64,000 nucleotides of DNA from contig JAYWIR010000007.1 of assembly GCA_036172245.1 (NCBI GenBank), positions 930,001-994,000 on the forward strand, read 5' to 3'. A model generated the notes under the pieces. That model saw only the letters and a list, made by a program, of their open reading frames with translations. It was not told the DNA's origin and made no database searches. Shown piece after piece: positions 29,738 to 52,300 of this stretch (position 1 is its first letter; each line of letters starts with the position of its first letter). Source of the DNA: Raillietiella orientalis (Eukaryota). The position numbers and the translations under genes are program-made.

Positions 29738-32005
29738 ATGCGCCGAAAGAGAAAAGGAAAAGAATTTTGCCCAGATGGAAAGTGTGCCTTCTGTGGCCAA
29801 AAGGAAGATAACGAATTTTTGTACGGAAAGTTTTATTCCAAAGAAGGGATATCAACCCATTATTTTTGTATGGTGAGTGTAATTCTTGCTTTGATGATCC
29901 ATTGGTGCTTGATTTTTGTTTAATTTTCCTCCCTAGTTATTCTCATCTGGTCTTTCACAAAATGGAGACGATGATAGTGGTCTTCTCGGTTTTCTTATAC
30001 CGGATATCAAAAAAGAGCTGAAACGTGGGCATAAATTGGTAAGAGATGCATAAAGGATGTCACTATGTCACATATTCATAAGATAGCCCCCAAATGTAGA
30101 ATGTTGTACGGAAACCGAGTTGTGAATTGCTAGTAAATGGCTTATTGACAGAAAGTAACGCAATGTATGTAAGAGTGTATTCCATTTTGGTAACTGACTC
30201 CTAATTGGAAACATTGATTGTATTCCTCTCAAATATAGGTAGCATTACATTTAATAGTTCCCAAAAGGAGTTTTCGATTTATTAGTTTCATCTGCATATC
30301 TAAGAATGTGTTTTGCACCCGAGTACTTGTGTGGTTTCAAGTAATGAGATCTAATTTGCGATTTGCTGAACAGTTCGGTTTCTCCCTGTTTGTGTACATG
30401 GATTCAGGCTTTGATTTGATTCAAAATAAAAGCTTGAATTCCAGTGGATTGCATTTGTTTGTTGCCGGATTCAGTTTGGGTGTTTTATTGAATTTATGGA
30501 ATTTGTCCATGGAAACATGATCCATTAATTGCCAATGTCATTTTAGTTATGTACATATTGTAGGAAGCAGGGTGCTACCATTGGTTGCAATGTTAAAACA
30601 TGTAAAAGAACATTTCATTTCCATTGTGGAGTCAAGAAAAATGCACTCTATCAATATTTTGACAATTTTTGGTAAGTTTGTTCGTAAATGGATATTTAAA
30701 TAGCAAAAAGATGCATAGCGCATTTTGTGAAAAACACCGTCCAATGCAAGCAAAATTATCTTGGTCTGAGATTGCTACTGGTGCCATTGTATGTAGCATT
30801 TGTTTTGATAAAGTGAAACCTGTTGTGGACTGTTCCACTTTGTATGCTCCATGCTGTCTTAAAAAGAGTTGGTTTCATAGAGACTGTATTCAAGTGAGTA
30901 TTCATATGTGTCTTTCATGTACTAATTTGTTATAATATAGAGATTTGCATTGAGTGCTGGTTATTTTTTTCGCTGTCCCCTTTGCAATAATAAAGACTGT
31001 TTCAAACAGGAGATGCTTCAGTATGGCATTTATATTCCAGAACAGTATGTTATTTGTTTGCGTTGGTTTCCCTGAGTAAAACTCAATGTTTCAGGGATGC
31101 TTCATGGGAACTAGTACCAGGGGCCTACACGGATTTATTGGAGCGCAACTACCATTGCGATGCACCAGTTTGCCAGTGTCCTAAAGGAAGGAACTTTAAA
31201 ACCAAAGGAAGGTAAGCATGGTAATGCAATGATATTTGAAAGTAGATATGAAATTGGAATTTGAAAATGATTCTCTTGTAGCCGTTGGCAAGTAATATTA
31301 TGTGATACATGTGGATGGAAAGGTTCTCATGTTTGGTGCAGTAATATAAAGACTGGAAGCACATGGAACTGTGTGGAATGCAAGCAGCTCAGTGGTTTAG
31401 GTAAACAGAATTACACTGGTGCATGATTGTTCATTGTTTTCAGGAAGCAAATCAGAAGAGCAGGAAAGATTAGGCAAAGATGAAAATGCTGCATTACCTT
31501 TAAAATTCCGATCACCTTCTCTTTTGTTAAATTCGCCGGTGTGTATAGTTCCTATATAGCAAATGATTATAGTACATTTTTGGTTAGAATCAGAAGACCA
31601 GCACTTTGACTATTCGACTTAGACAGGTAGCGCATTTGTTGTGGAAGGAAAGGAAATCCACTAACGCATCCATGAAATTGCCAAAGAATACATTGAGTCC
31701 TTGTGAATCTTTTGACACAGAGTGTGGTAACGCTGAGTCTTTGTAAGTTGGATACCATATTATGTGGTTGTAGCCATTTCTTTAGACATCAGGAACAACC
31801 GGACATGAAGTTGGCAGAGGAACCTCAGAATCGACCTTCTATATCCATGTTAACTTTCCATGCAGGAGATCAGCAATCATCCCCCAACTCCTTTTCAAGT
31901 GGAGCAGCATCTTCCAGCGAAAAAAAAACGGTCACCTCGTCGTTGTTTGCATGCAAACCGTCTTTATTGGATTCTAATGCGAGCAGGTCTGCAAGAGAAG
32001 AATGA
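29738..32005 (+). CDS. G2E3/PHF7-like (pineapple eye-like) PHD/RING zinc-finger protein without a HECT domain
   Basis: Spliced translation: CAFC...YGK...[16 protein letters not shown]...[28 protein letters not shown]...FHFHCG; CSIC...[53 protein letters not shown]...WNCVEC. Splicing of the low-complexity tail to the TGA at 32005 is less certain. Confidence 0.88.
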
Positions 32006-32465
32006 TTTGTGTTTACTGTAAAATTCTTTCACACTTGCATTTTCAAACCATCCAAGAAATTTAGCATTATGAACTAATTTTTCGTTTTTTCCCCCACCCT
32101 TGTTTATGTAGAATTAAGTGGAAGCCTTGGCAGGAATCCAAGGGGTTGTTACTAATCGGAAGACGAAAAAGGACAAAGGCAGTTATGGAGCATAAAAAGT
32201 GGACGCAGTTGAAGATATACGATTTGATGAAGATCCAATGAAAACTCCGATTTTTGCATGCACGATAGTAGTACAGGTCGCGAATACGAGATGGGAGTGC
32301 ACGGAGTCGACAAGTGTCCTCAAATTCTTGAAACGAAGCCTTTGACAATAGGAACCCAAATTTGCCTGCAGCAAAGAGATATTGCGCAAACTTGAAAGGA
32401 GTCGCAACCTAAGTGCGTGGTGTTTCATTTATCGAGTGTGCTTTTTTGTGTCCCTACATAGTAAA

Positions 32466-40211
<7,746 letters not shown>

Positions 40212-43200
40212 TCACGAACTGTCGGAACCGTGTTTTTCATATTTGGTGGATTTGTTTCTTTTTTTTTTTTTTTTCCTTCTTCTTCTTCTTCTTTTTGATA
40301 TAAGGGAAATAAAATTTTATGACTGTTAAACATATTTCCGCGCATCGCACTGATAGCCTCAACCAGCAGCTAAATGTGTGTGTGTGTGTGTGTTTTTTTT
40401 CAAAACTGTTTACGCATTCACCGTTCATATTTTTGCATTTGATTTTCTCAAAATCTGCCGTCGACTGCTGCCGAGTGAGCAGAACTTAAAAAAAAAATTC
40501 GTTGCCGCGTCACGACGAGCACGGCACGAATCCATCCAAAGAAATGTGGAGAAATAGACGCATTAGAAAATGCGAGGGAAGGATCTCCCGGCACGTGCGC
40601 CGTTTCGTCCAGCGCCGTGGTTGTTGTTTTTTTTTGACCCAGTCGAGCATGGGGACGCCTATTTCAATTGAATAAACATACATTAACGTGCCCGAAAGAC
40701 ACGATTCAGGGAACGCTGGCAAATGGGTCGGCAGCTAAGACAAAAACGCGCGCTGTAAGGAGGAGGATGTAAGAAGGTAACGAAGGGAACAAATAAGTGT
40801 GCACAAAGATTCGGTATGAAGAAACACACCTGGAGCAAACGCTTATCGTCTTCAGGACAAGGGCTAATGGGATGCCAAGGGATCATGGACTTTCCGATGC
40901 ACCTCTTATGGCCTTCCCGCAGATTGGACGGCGCCTTCGATTTTGGAGTGAGACCTTTGTTACCTTCATCATGGATGGGATAAAGCGAATGACTGCCCTC
41001 CGGTGCTATCTCGGCAAGAGGGCGGTTTGCTACTGTTTCCCGGATGTAGCACTGCTACGTCCGCGGTCCGAAGCCCGAGAGTTCCTTATTGCTTGAAGAA
41101 TCCTCTCAGAAGTCGTTGCCAAGGGTGGTCCTCCCGGTGCAAGAGGGTTGTTTTCATCCACCGCGCAGTCCAGAAGCTGGGGCACAGTTCTGGGACCCGT
41201 TCCCTCTCGTCCGGCGGTGGCAGCGTCGATGCGTGATGCACCCTCGCCTGCTGTCCCCATCTCAACCCTGCACTGCGTCAAGCATGTAATGGCTTACCAG
41301 TACACGCGCCAGCAAGGATAGAGGTCCATGAGCCTGGTTTCCTCAATAATGAGGAATGTGACGAAATGATCTCACACTGAACAAAGAGTGATGGAGGACG
41401 CCGCTTGCATCGCATGCCTGCTGCAGAAGAGGAGTAGCGGATGTAGCTGGTGGTGCATTCCGTATTTATTTATTTTCCCTTCCTCTCTTGACTCTCCCTG
41501 TTCTTCTATGTAGCCGACCTGCGAGCTGGTGGTTGTTCCTGAACCCGTAACGCCTCGTAAGAAGGATGTCTTCACTTATTCTTCTTTCTGAAAAACAAAC
41601 GACCTGGCCGTCAGCGGGTGATAGTAGCGCCAGCGTTGGTTTATCGGGAAGAAACCCCAGTGCAAGAAGAGTGCCGTCGCGTGTCGCCAACGGAGAGGAA
41701 GCAATGGACATTCTCCTGGACAGCTGTCCAGGAGAATGACGGGAGTCTGCTAGTTCATCCAGGGGTGTGCCAGTGTCTGCCCACCTCAGCAGTTCTTGGT
41801 CTCGCGAACACTTGGTGTGATGGCGTCCGAAGGCTCTAGAGTTGACCAGTCAATGCCTCCTGCTATATGCGTCAGGAAACCTTCCACGTAGCCAGTTAGC
41901 TACTGTCATCACGCTCCCATGGGAAGCAATTTCGTTGTGAGAGAAGGTCCGGTCTATTACTGCCGTTCAGGAGCCGGCATGTTTCCTGTCGAAGTGGGGA
42001 TTTGACATGCTGATCTACTGCCGCATTTCGAACCTTCGATCTGTCTCTCTCTGCACCGGGATTTTCGCCCTTGGGTCAAGACCACTTGCTACTCTTGATT
42101 TTCGGCTCATTCTGGATCTATGTGTTGGTGTTATTCCGGCTACTTGACTGGGCAGATCTGCTCTCGGTCGAATGTAGGGTCTTTATCAGTGGGTTCATTG
42201 AATGTCCCGGCCGTGTTTCGTGATGGATGGCTCCATTAGCTTGCTAACTTGGTTCGGACGAGTTCTTGGAATCTCCAGCTTTCTTAGAACATTGCCATTC
42301 TTGGAATTTCAGGATTCCAACAAACTGGTCACCCATCACATAGACTGATGCCTCTTTCTCTGAGAAGCAGAAAGCAGGAATGGATTCCAATACCTTTCCT
42401 TCTTTAGCACGCCTTCCTGAAGATAGCGTCCTTTGTTCTTTCGCGTGGTATCGGCAGGTGTGGAATATGATGATGATGTACCCTCATTTCGGGACAAGGT
42501 ATAACGATGACTTCCTTTTGGTTTGACGGTCAGCATCTCCCGTTTTCCTTGCGTCGATCAAGACATCTCGTCTCTTCGTGTACTGTTGGCAAGCGCTGCC
42601 CGAAATTCGTGTGCTATTGTCTCAAGAAGAAAAGCAGCTTGAGGTTTTTGTGAATTTCACCTGGTGGTCAACCGACAAAGGTTCCTCATCTTAAGTTGCA
42701 AACGGATAGTTGGGAAGGCGGTACAGTTTCATATGATTTCAATCAACCTCCTAAATAACTATCTAATAGCAAGCAGGGCCCTCGTGCTATGGTAAGTTCC
42801 TACATCAAGAATTCAAACTGTGCGTAAAAACCGAAGGGAATTTCGAAAACTGTGGCGGATTTTCGTGTGAATCATTACTATACTACTGAAAACTGTCACC
42901 TACAAAGCTGTTTTCGTGCAATACGATTCAAAAATGTAATCCTAAAAAAAGTATTGGACGATTTCAGTTTTTTTTTTTGCATTGCCATACATGTTTGGGG
43001 TCAATGACAAGATCTCATTTATTTCAGCGATGAATGTCTGGTAATGCTTTTTCTTTTGAAATTTAGTAGAGTAGAAATCCCTGGATAATATACATTAAGA
43101 TGCCTTCACGATACTGAAAATTTAGTTTGATGGTTACGATTTCAAACCGCCCGTCTCCTCTGCTCTCACCACAGTTGGCTCACTTTGGCATATGCATTCC

Positions 43201-46200
43201 TTTCCTCAACAGATCGAACAGTTTAAATAATCTGATTTTTTCCTACATAATATCTCTCTCTTCTAACATTCAGACTTATTTTTTATAACCTCCTAAGATA
43301 ACTTCCTTCATGAGATATATCTTTGAATATATTTCGCATTTCGTCAAAGGAACTCCTGTTTTATCATCGTTCTCTACCAAGTTCTCCGGCATAAAAGGGG
43401 GGAAAAGCGAGAATTTCAGAGTAAGAGTCTAGCATCTCCAGTGTGAATCATCTCCTGTGATTTAACGCACTCGACATAGAGTCGAAAAAGATGTTTTCGA
43501 ACAGTTTTTAAAAGTCACTTAAATGCAGCCATCACTGCTCATTTCACAGAAGTTTATAAATTGACAGAGGAATAATAAAATGCTGTGTAGCAGTATTATT
43601 TTTCAGTAAACCGCTAAATCGTTCCATCATTTATTTCTATTCTATTTTTTTAAGTATTTTGTTCTCTTTTCAGTTGAAAAACTGGAATGGCAAGTGGTAT
43701 GGTTGAGTTTAAAAAGTTTTTAGGTACACTTGGAGGGGAAGAAAATAAAACGCAATAGGAATTGACTTGATCTTTGTAAAAGCACGCTTAAGTTCGTTTA
43801 ATCATAGTGCCTTTTCACGAGTGAATGTGCGAGGAAATTATGATTGCGAGTAAAGTAGCAAGATACAAACTGAAAATTTTTGTGGTCTCAAAACACAAAA
43901 TCAAAAATAACAATAAGAAGAATCTATTAAGCTTCCATTTATCTGTGAATGCTCTTTAAATTACAAACCATTTTGTGATCGAGACTCTTTTATTTTTCAA
44001 TAAAAATGACTTCACATATCTTTAAACATCTATTACTATGTTCATTAGTATTTGTCTAACTAATACCACGCTCACTACAACTAGTCAAGGATGATCTAGT
44101 AGATCTAACTTCTGATAGAATGGGAGATACACCGTCATCACACGATACCTGAACAGTCTCGAGCAAATCACTCATAGCAAGCTGCCTGAAATGTCATGGC
44201 ATGATTTTGGGTTATGCATAGTGATACAAAATTAAAATATACCCATGTCTTGATGTGAGACCTAAAAATCGGGACGTCAGTGTTCTCTACTTCGTAAGAA
44301 TTGTAAAGCAGAAGGCCATTGATGTTGCTGAATTCTTTTCGGCGCAAGAATGGCAAGACTGACATTCTTGTGGCCGAAATGAACGTTTGGCGCCTCTGAG
44401 CGTCCGGAGCCTAAACATCGATGAACATGGAACGAATTCACAAAAGAAATTCCAAGAAATTTATTTTGCTAGAGAACCACTTCATTCGGAAAAATCTTTG
44501 TTCTCTGACGTTACCATCTGCTTCTAGTATCCAAAGAAACAAGAGTTTTTCCTATTTACAGTATTTGAAAAATTTCAAAAAATTGTTCTTCGAGAAATGT
44601 TATAGACCATACTTTGTTATTGTATGGAGTTAATTACTGTAGGCACATCGTGGCTAACGATATTAAGGGATCAAGAACATATGAAAAAGTTTCCGTTGAG
44701 GAAATTGTTACATTCAGATTTTCCGAGTAATCATGATTTCTTTATTCGTGAATTCTTGATAGTATACATTCGAAAGTATGGAATGCTTATGCTCATCGTA
44801 AACGCCAAGTTTTTATTGTTACTGACTTTTTGTATGATTGCTTTTGCACCCAAAAAACAAAGGTGTACGTCTTGTGTGCAGGATAGCATTATAAATAATA
44901 TAGCATAATAAACATTTTTATGAACAAGGGGAAAAAAAAAACATGGTTACTTTTCCTGTTTATTGCAAACATCTATTCACTATCATGTGATTTGTCCACA
45001 TTGCCTATTGCATCGTGCTGCTGTGTCCACTTTGCATTTTGCCAATAAAATTTAAGGTGTGGAACGTTTACCTACTGCTTAAGCTTTTGAACCTATGAGT
45101 AGGTTGCCGTAAACTAGTTAATCATGGAATATTAAGTAACTTGGTAATGAACTAATCACTGTGGGGCAATGTAAATTCTATGTTCCCTATGATGGTTGAC
45201 AGTATCGAGACAATTCTAAATGATGATAGTTTTCTGGCGTAAAGCATAACTGTAAATGTATGTATGTATTTCATTTCACAGTGAATTCATTATTTGCTAT
45301 GGAATCCCGATGACAACTTTCGAGTGGGTTGTCAAATAAACATTGCATTTTGTGATTCAATTTTATTTTCACATACTAATCGTCGTGGTTTTCGTTGTGG
45401 TAATATGCAGACATCTTGACACAGAACGCAGATCTACTGTCAGGCATAACACAAGAGTTTCGTGCAGGATCCGGGAACCATGAGTGTGAGAGCGTTGCAA
45501 ATCTTCAGTAAACATCCTATTAGAGCTTTGAATCACTCAAATACAATAGAGAGGAGCATGCATACCGTGATTAGTGCTCGCAGAATAGTACGGGCATCCT
45601 GGAAAGTATGTATAGTTTGCTTTTATTTCGAAATCGTGGTTACGTAGTATTCGTTGTACAAAAAAAAAAAAACATAGCGCGCTAAATGTATTAAGCAAGT
45701 ACATGAATTTTATACTTCTGCATTTCTTGACAAGACTTGAAGCAACCGCATAACAATCAAATCGTAATCCTAATCAAATCGTACTTTCAAAGTTATCATT
45801 GGTTTTAGGAACTTATTGGACATGGATTATTCATGTTTGTGGGAGCCACAGCATTTCCAGTATGGGTATTAGTGCACATCAAAGATTATCTCGAACAGTA
45901 AGCAAAACTGTTCAATAGAAATGCACTGCTCCTTGGAATCGCCAAAGGGAATCAAGTTAAAGAATGTCAAACTTATGCTTATTGAAAATATCAGTAATGT
46001 GTGTACACCAGCATGAAAAATATATATCGTAGATTTGACCTATAGATTTTTGATTTGCAACCATGATGGTATTTACATGCATACCTATCTGCAAGTTTAT
46101 CTAAGTGCACTGGACTTAATGAACCTAATCTTAGTATCTCTTACAGTTATTAAGATTGCTTCAGTTATCACAGAGTGAAAATGCAAATTACAAAATAAAA

Positions 46201-47728
46201 GCTTACATGTTTTTGTTCTCAAGCAGATATAGTTTCAGCATAATTCCATTACTGTCTTAACTCTAGAGATTTACAAACTTTATGGAATTTTTAATCTGAA
46301 GTTTCAGTATCAAATCTGGTAAATTTGAAACTAACATTCATTCCAGCTTTAGCTAGTTTTTGCCCTGAGCTGTCTTCATGCAAGGCTGAAACAAGTGTCA
46401 AATGTATGTCCCAAAAATACTTTTGAAACCAAAATCCAATAAATATGTACTGATTGCAAAGGTAAATAACAAAGATTAAAATGACCACATGGTAGTTGGA
46501 TCATAGTTTCTTCAAATGAAGTCATATTTGAGTGAATCCTTTTATAGAATTTCCAACAACAAATAAGGTATTAAAATGATTAGTGACTTGAAATAATTTG
46601 CTCAAAGATTATTCAAGTGCGAATAATGTATTCCATGTGTATTATCCAATTTTTTTGGGTTTCGAAAATTGTTAATTGAACCCTAATTTTTGAAAAATGG
46701 TTTTGTTTTTTTTGCACGAGCACCTGTATCATGTATCCTCTTTGGAAAACGAATCATCCAATTACAGATCTGTGCAACTTATGGAATTTCCATTTATAAA
46801 CCAGTTTACTTAATTAGAGCGCGAGAAAACTGTTTTTGACGAAATGCTAGATTTAACTATGGTAAATTACTATTTTTTTTTTTTTTTTTTGGCGTATCAA
46901 TTTTATTAGGCACTCTATCCCGGATAATCTCAGCACAGAACACTACAACGGTTGTGCCTTATGACTGCCGATACACATATCGCAAGAGTGACATTCAGAT
47001 TTAACCAGAAATATCAAAAGTTTCATAGGCTAATCGGTTGTAGTGTGTGTAGTTTTTGATGGTGAGTCACTTGAAACCCATTCTGAAAAATCCCATGTAT
47101 CCTGAGAGGTCATAGCGTAATATGGAATGTAACAGGTCAAGTTATCTTCTTTCCAGTGCCACCTAGTGTTAAGAGGAAAAATGGATATTCAAAAATTCAT
47201 CGACATCTCAAAATACCGATTTGAAATTCAGAACATAAACGTCAAATAAAGCAACAGCAAGCATCTTGATGGACAATATATTTTTTTTTTTTTTTCAAAA
47301 TAGAGTTGTTTTTGTTTTTAAGTTTTTAACGTCTTTGTGAGCGATTCCTTGCATTACCGAAAATTCGTGTACGTGAATCGCCACTAAAAAAGTATTAAAC
47401 AAATGTTTCAAGCAGATTACTGTGGTTGAAAAAAAGTACAGCCTTTAACAGGAAAGTTTTTGATAATTGAGCACTATTCTCATTGCATTGGTTTGCTCCG
47501 TTCTTGAAACCAAAATAAAATGCATGTGATTCAGGACCCGATTTCAAATCTTTGATTATTTGAACCATCGTCGTTAATTCCAATTTCAGATGTCACGATT
47601 GAAAAGAGTGTTTGCAGGAAGCTTCGAGTTTCGTGACGACAGTTGGCTCCTTCATTTCTTCGCCTATTCTCATCACGAGCAATCATCTATTGGCATGAAA
47701 GTTCAGAAACGAATCTCTTCTTCTCTCC

Positions 47729-48241
47729 TTTGAAATAGACGATTCCTCGTTCCATATCGATGAAACAGTGAAAATGAAAAAAGAATCTAAAATTGAATCC
47801 AACAGTTGCTTCTACGAATTATGCATGCGCGGACTGTTAACAAAATGAAACACTTAGAACACTGTTTAGTGCTCAAGAACACTTACGGTAAATCTGCCCA
47901 AAACACTTTCAAATGATCCTGGGGATGCTCTTATAAGTTGGGTATTTCATTTCTATTAGAGCAATTCTGTCATTCTTTGAAGTCTCCCGCAAGAGCATGC
48001 GAATTGGTTTGCTAATTACAGAAAGTTCTCCAACGTAGTTATAAACCATACCTGATTTTTATTAAAACACAACCACATTTACCGTAAGTGTTCTTGAGCA
48101 CTAAACAGTGTTCTAAGTGTTTCATTTTGTTAACAGTCCGCGCATGCATAATTCGTAGAAGCAACTGTTGGATTCAATTTTAGATTCTTTTTTCATTTTC
48201 ACTGTTTCATCGATATGGAACGAGGAATCGTCTATTTCAAA
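47729..48241. repeat. Perfect 165-bp inverted repeat with a 183-bp spacer
   Basis: 47729-47893 is the exact reverse complement of 48077-48241 by base-by-base reading. Confidence 0.97.
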
Positions 48242-49665
48242 TATCTGCGGCAAAATTTTTATTGCTTTAGCTAAAGATTTTTAACAAACAATGCGAATAA
48301 ATTCCTAATTTCTACGTAGTGTTTTCAAGGAATCACCGAGTTCAGATATTTTGAGGGTTCGTGTCGGAAAGGAGTTCAACCATTTGCTGTTTGCAGTGGC
48401 GAGGAGCACCAGATGCCTTGACAGAAAATTTGTAGAAAAATGAAAACATTTTGGGGAAAAATACACACCAAATTCATGACGGAACAAACAGTGTATCCAA
48501 GAAATGTCCAACATACTCAATACTTTCTTGTTTAGAGAAATTCGGAGTCAATTTATATGCAGAGATTCAGGTAGCCAATGTTCGAGTAGTAATTTGTCAT
48601 GAAAGTCTCATGATGATCGTTACATTTTAGTTATTCGTAATCTACTCAGACAAAGAATAATAACTAATGCACAAAGAAAAATTATCTCTGCTCATAATGT
48701 CAACAACAATAAACTAACCCTTTGAATGAACTGATCAGACATTTCTCGCTGCATCGATCAGATATTTCAACAGGAAAACGATGGTTTGTCTCTTGGAAAG
48801 ACAGGCCAAGTTTTTTATTAGCTGCTGGATTCAATAGTTTTCCAATAACCAAATTTCTTTCCAGAAATTCTGAATATGGTGTGTTACTTATTACGGTTAT
48901 TACTTTAATAAGTCGATGTGAATCCTCAAAGTCTTCTTTCGTAATTTGAAGTGGCAGTTTAAATTTTAAAGCGACCACAATTTAAAGAATCAATGCATCA
49001 CAAATTTAACTGCCAAAACAAAGATGAGCCAAATACTTATTATTTTGAATTCATACGACTTCCATCGTGCAAGGTTTTGTGCGTATTCGGAAGCACTTGA
49101 TTACTTCTTCAGCAACTTGCCTAAATCTCCTGGTTATGTTTTCTATATAACCAATCATCTTTTGATTACCCACACAAAAAATAACGGGTTATATTTTGAC
49201 TTTCTCAGAACGAAGGATTTTCAGCTCGAAATAAAAATTTGGATTGGCACGATGCTTAGTAGTAAGCATAGGTTCCGTCCATTCGGAGGAAAAGACGAAT
49301 CAAATTCAAAAAGGTGATGGGAACTTATTATGCGAGTTCTCATGCGTCCCGAATGATCCCAAAATCTTGGAATCATTCCAACTTCAGAATTTGATTTCCG
49401 AATTTTTTGAATTTGGGTTTGCGTATTATACGATAAGTTACCACTTCCAAACGAAACATTTTGCAGCGACGATAGGAATCAGCAATTTTCACGCAGCACA
49501 ACAGAGATTTGTTTTGTCCGTCCGGGAATTTTCATGCCTTGCTAACTGTATGTTTTTCGTATTTTCAATTTTGGTTTTCAATTGTTTTCACTTGAGAACC
49601 CGAGTGTTTTACCCAGTCCAGGTGTATTTGGTGCAGCGTGTGCAGTGTCTCGTGTTTCCTGGAAA

Positions 49666-50152
49666 ATGCAGAATCCTGAATGTGCTGTGAAGGATCCCGG
49701 TGATCCCGTGAAAAGCGAGAAAAAGTTAAAGCCATGCTGTGCTTGTTTGGAAACCAAGGAAGTTCGAGATAAATGGTTGGTATGGTCTCAGTAATCGAAT
49801 GTATCTCTTGCGTTTTCGGAAACTGTGGGCTTGCATGACCTGCATGAGAACCGGCACTTCGTTTTGTGTCCGTGTCGTCCCACTAACACGTGAAGTGTTT
49901 GAAAGCAGATAACGTTCGGTTTCGGTTTATTGAATGTTTTGTTGGTCATTTTGTCAGTACATGAATTGTAATCACTGAGTCCATGCGTTTTTGTTTCATG
50001 GCAAAAAAAAAAAAAAAACAGAAATTTTTTTGTAAATAAGAGGAATTTTTTTATTTTTATATTGCAGTATTATCGAAATGGGAGAAGAGAATTGTCAAAA
50101 TCTCATAGAAGCTCATAAAGCATGTATGAGGAAAATGGGATTTGCAGTTTGA
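49666..50152 (+). CDS. COX17: Cytochrome c oxidase copper chaperone COX17 (2 exons, 64 aa)
   Basis: Exons 49666-49775 and 50068-50152 give [64 protein letters not shown], with the KPCCxC copper site and twin CX9C. Confidence 0.95.
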
Positions 50153-52300
50153 TGCGCAAGAAGTACCCGAATGTTGTACTGCTTCATCGCATAAGTTTTG
50201 GAAATTAAAGGATTCTTTGTTATTAAATGTTACGAAACACGTCATTAGTTAGAATGTTTTAGAAAATTTAATTTTGGAGGTAGTTAGATTAGAGTACACC
50301 TAACGTTTCCAAAAGATCCCAAGTATTAGAAAACGGAACACTTGATGAAAATAAATGTGGCAAAATAAAGGATTTCTTACATTCATTATTTATATGAAGT
50401 ACAACAACAACAACAAAAAAAAAAACTGTTGAAGCATTCTGCAAAGTGTAACCACTGAAAATTCTGACCAAGAAATGCCAGCTTGTGCAGGCATAATGAA
50501 GGTACCTTTCAACTTCCTGTTAATAAACAGAGTATTATTTGCTACCATTTGCATGGCTGATTTAAATGAATTGTGTTCTAAAAACTCTGTGTTTGGGTAA
50601 TTCAGCAAAAGGCAACATAACTTTTTGAATCATTGAATAACCTCTATTTGCACTTCATAGATTGGATTGTCACTATCAGTTATTTGTATCCAAGTGCATA
50701 AGTTTCCAATACTTTTGTGATGTAATCCTGAAATCAACAAGAGTCTTCAAACTGAATTTCCTTGTTGAATTATTTGAATGCAGAATTTTCGATTTTTAAA
50801 TCAGACCCCATGCTAGGTGGAATTTTTGCTGCATTACCATTATTATTTTTCAAGAAAGCACAGCTTTTCTCCTACAAACACATGTGCAAATATTGTTATA
50901 TTTTTGTTTAGGGCACATGATTAAAAAGTCAATGATAAAAAAACAACACCACTTTAACTGCATTAGTCTCAATCCAATGTGGTATGTTTTGTACATGTTA
51001 TTCTAGATGTTCCTTGCATTGAGATCTGTAGTGCCAGCTCATCAATCTTGAAAGCAAAAATTTTGAAGGATTTCAGTAAATGAATTTTTCTTACTTGTGT
51101 CACTCCTGACAGAGTGGTCGTTGAGTTTGCTTGTCAGCATTTGCAGCACTGTCACATTTTCGATGTAAAAAAAAAATCAGTCATGCTGAAAACTGCTCGT
51201 GTTTGATTCTCACTGAGAGTTGACACTGTTTTTAGCACAGAGTGCTTTGTGGACTAACAGCTAGATCTTAAACAAGAATCCAATACCTGAAAATTCAAGA
51301 ATGATTTAGTCATGAGTTATTCTCGATTCTTAACAGTTCACAGAATTATTTCCCTAATTCTAATTTGTCAAATATCATCAGCTGCAAACATTTAACTATC
51401 GAAAGATCAGATATCAGATACATTGGTGAGATAATTTTATCTTACCTTGCATCCTGTTTAGTTGATTGATTAAATTTGGAATTTGTTCTTCAGCCTCATA
51501 CTGTAATTTTAAAAGTGGATGGGATGCACATTTTCATCAAGTACAACTTAAATGGATATCCTTGCAATGTTCTAATCAAATGTTTAGTTGTCAAGGTTCC
51601 TCTGATGTTTTAATAATAATAAAAAAAAGCCTTGTCCATCATGATATCATTTGCTGGGAGATCCCTTTTTTTTTTTTTCCAAAGTAATTTTTTGATTTGA
51701 TCAAGGAAGCAGTTTGAAGAATCATTTATCTTATTCATGTTGGGTTTTAGTGCATTCACAGCAATGGAAAATTCTTAATTTCCTTATATAGCTCACAGTT
51801 CGAATTAAGTAAATGGATTAAACATGGAATCCTGAGGTGCTTGTAAACAACACAAATGAGATGTAGATTTTTCAAGAGTCAGCAAGTGTCAGAATGGCCA
51901 TCTTGAACTTTCTCAAGCTGTTTATGGTTTTGAACCCTGAATATATTTTTCCTCCAATAACATAAAACTTATGTATTTAATTGCTGAGTGGTTAGATTTT
52001 TTGGATTGGTTCGATTTTTCAATCAATCGTTATTATTATATTTGGAATTCTTGAAACCATCTACATGTTTGTAACTTGATTTGCATCATCCACCTCAACG
52101 GATGTACTGAATAGTTATAAACATTAGTGATCATATAAATTTTATTCACATCTGCATTTTATCATAAAACAAATACAACATTGAAAGTTTAAACTTTGAA
52201 TGTTTGTATTATAAAAAAATGTTACGAGAAATTTATAGAGATACATTAAATAGACTAAGCGGAATGTCAAATAAAAACATTCATTTGCATCGTCTCAGAA

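Noticed and set aside
43400..46500. Scattered splice-like signals and short ORFs suggesting an unannotated gene
   Set aside because: I could not chain exons into a consistent frame or recognise a domain; transcript data are needed.
48305..49200. Minus-strand ORFs (92 aa, 71 aa) divergent from COX17
   Set aside because: No recognisable motif and no convincing in-frame splice path.
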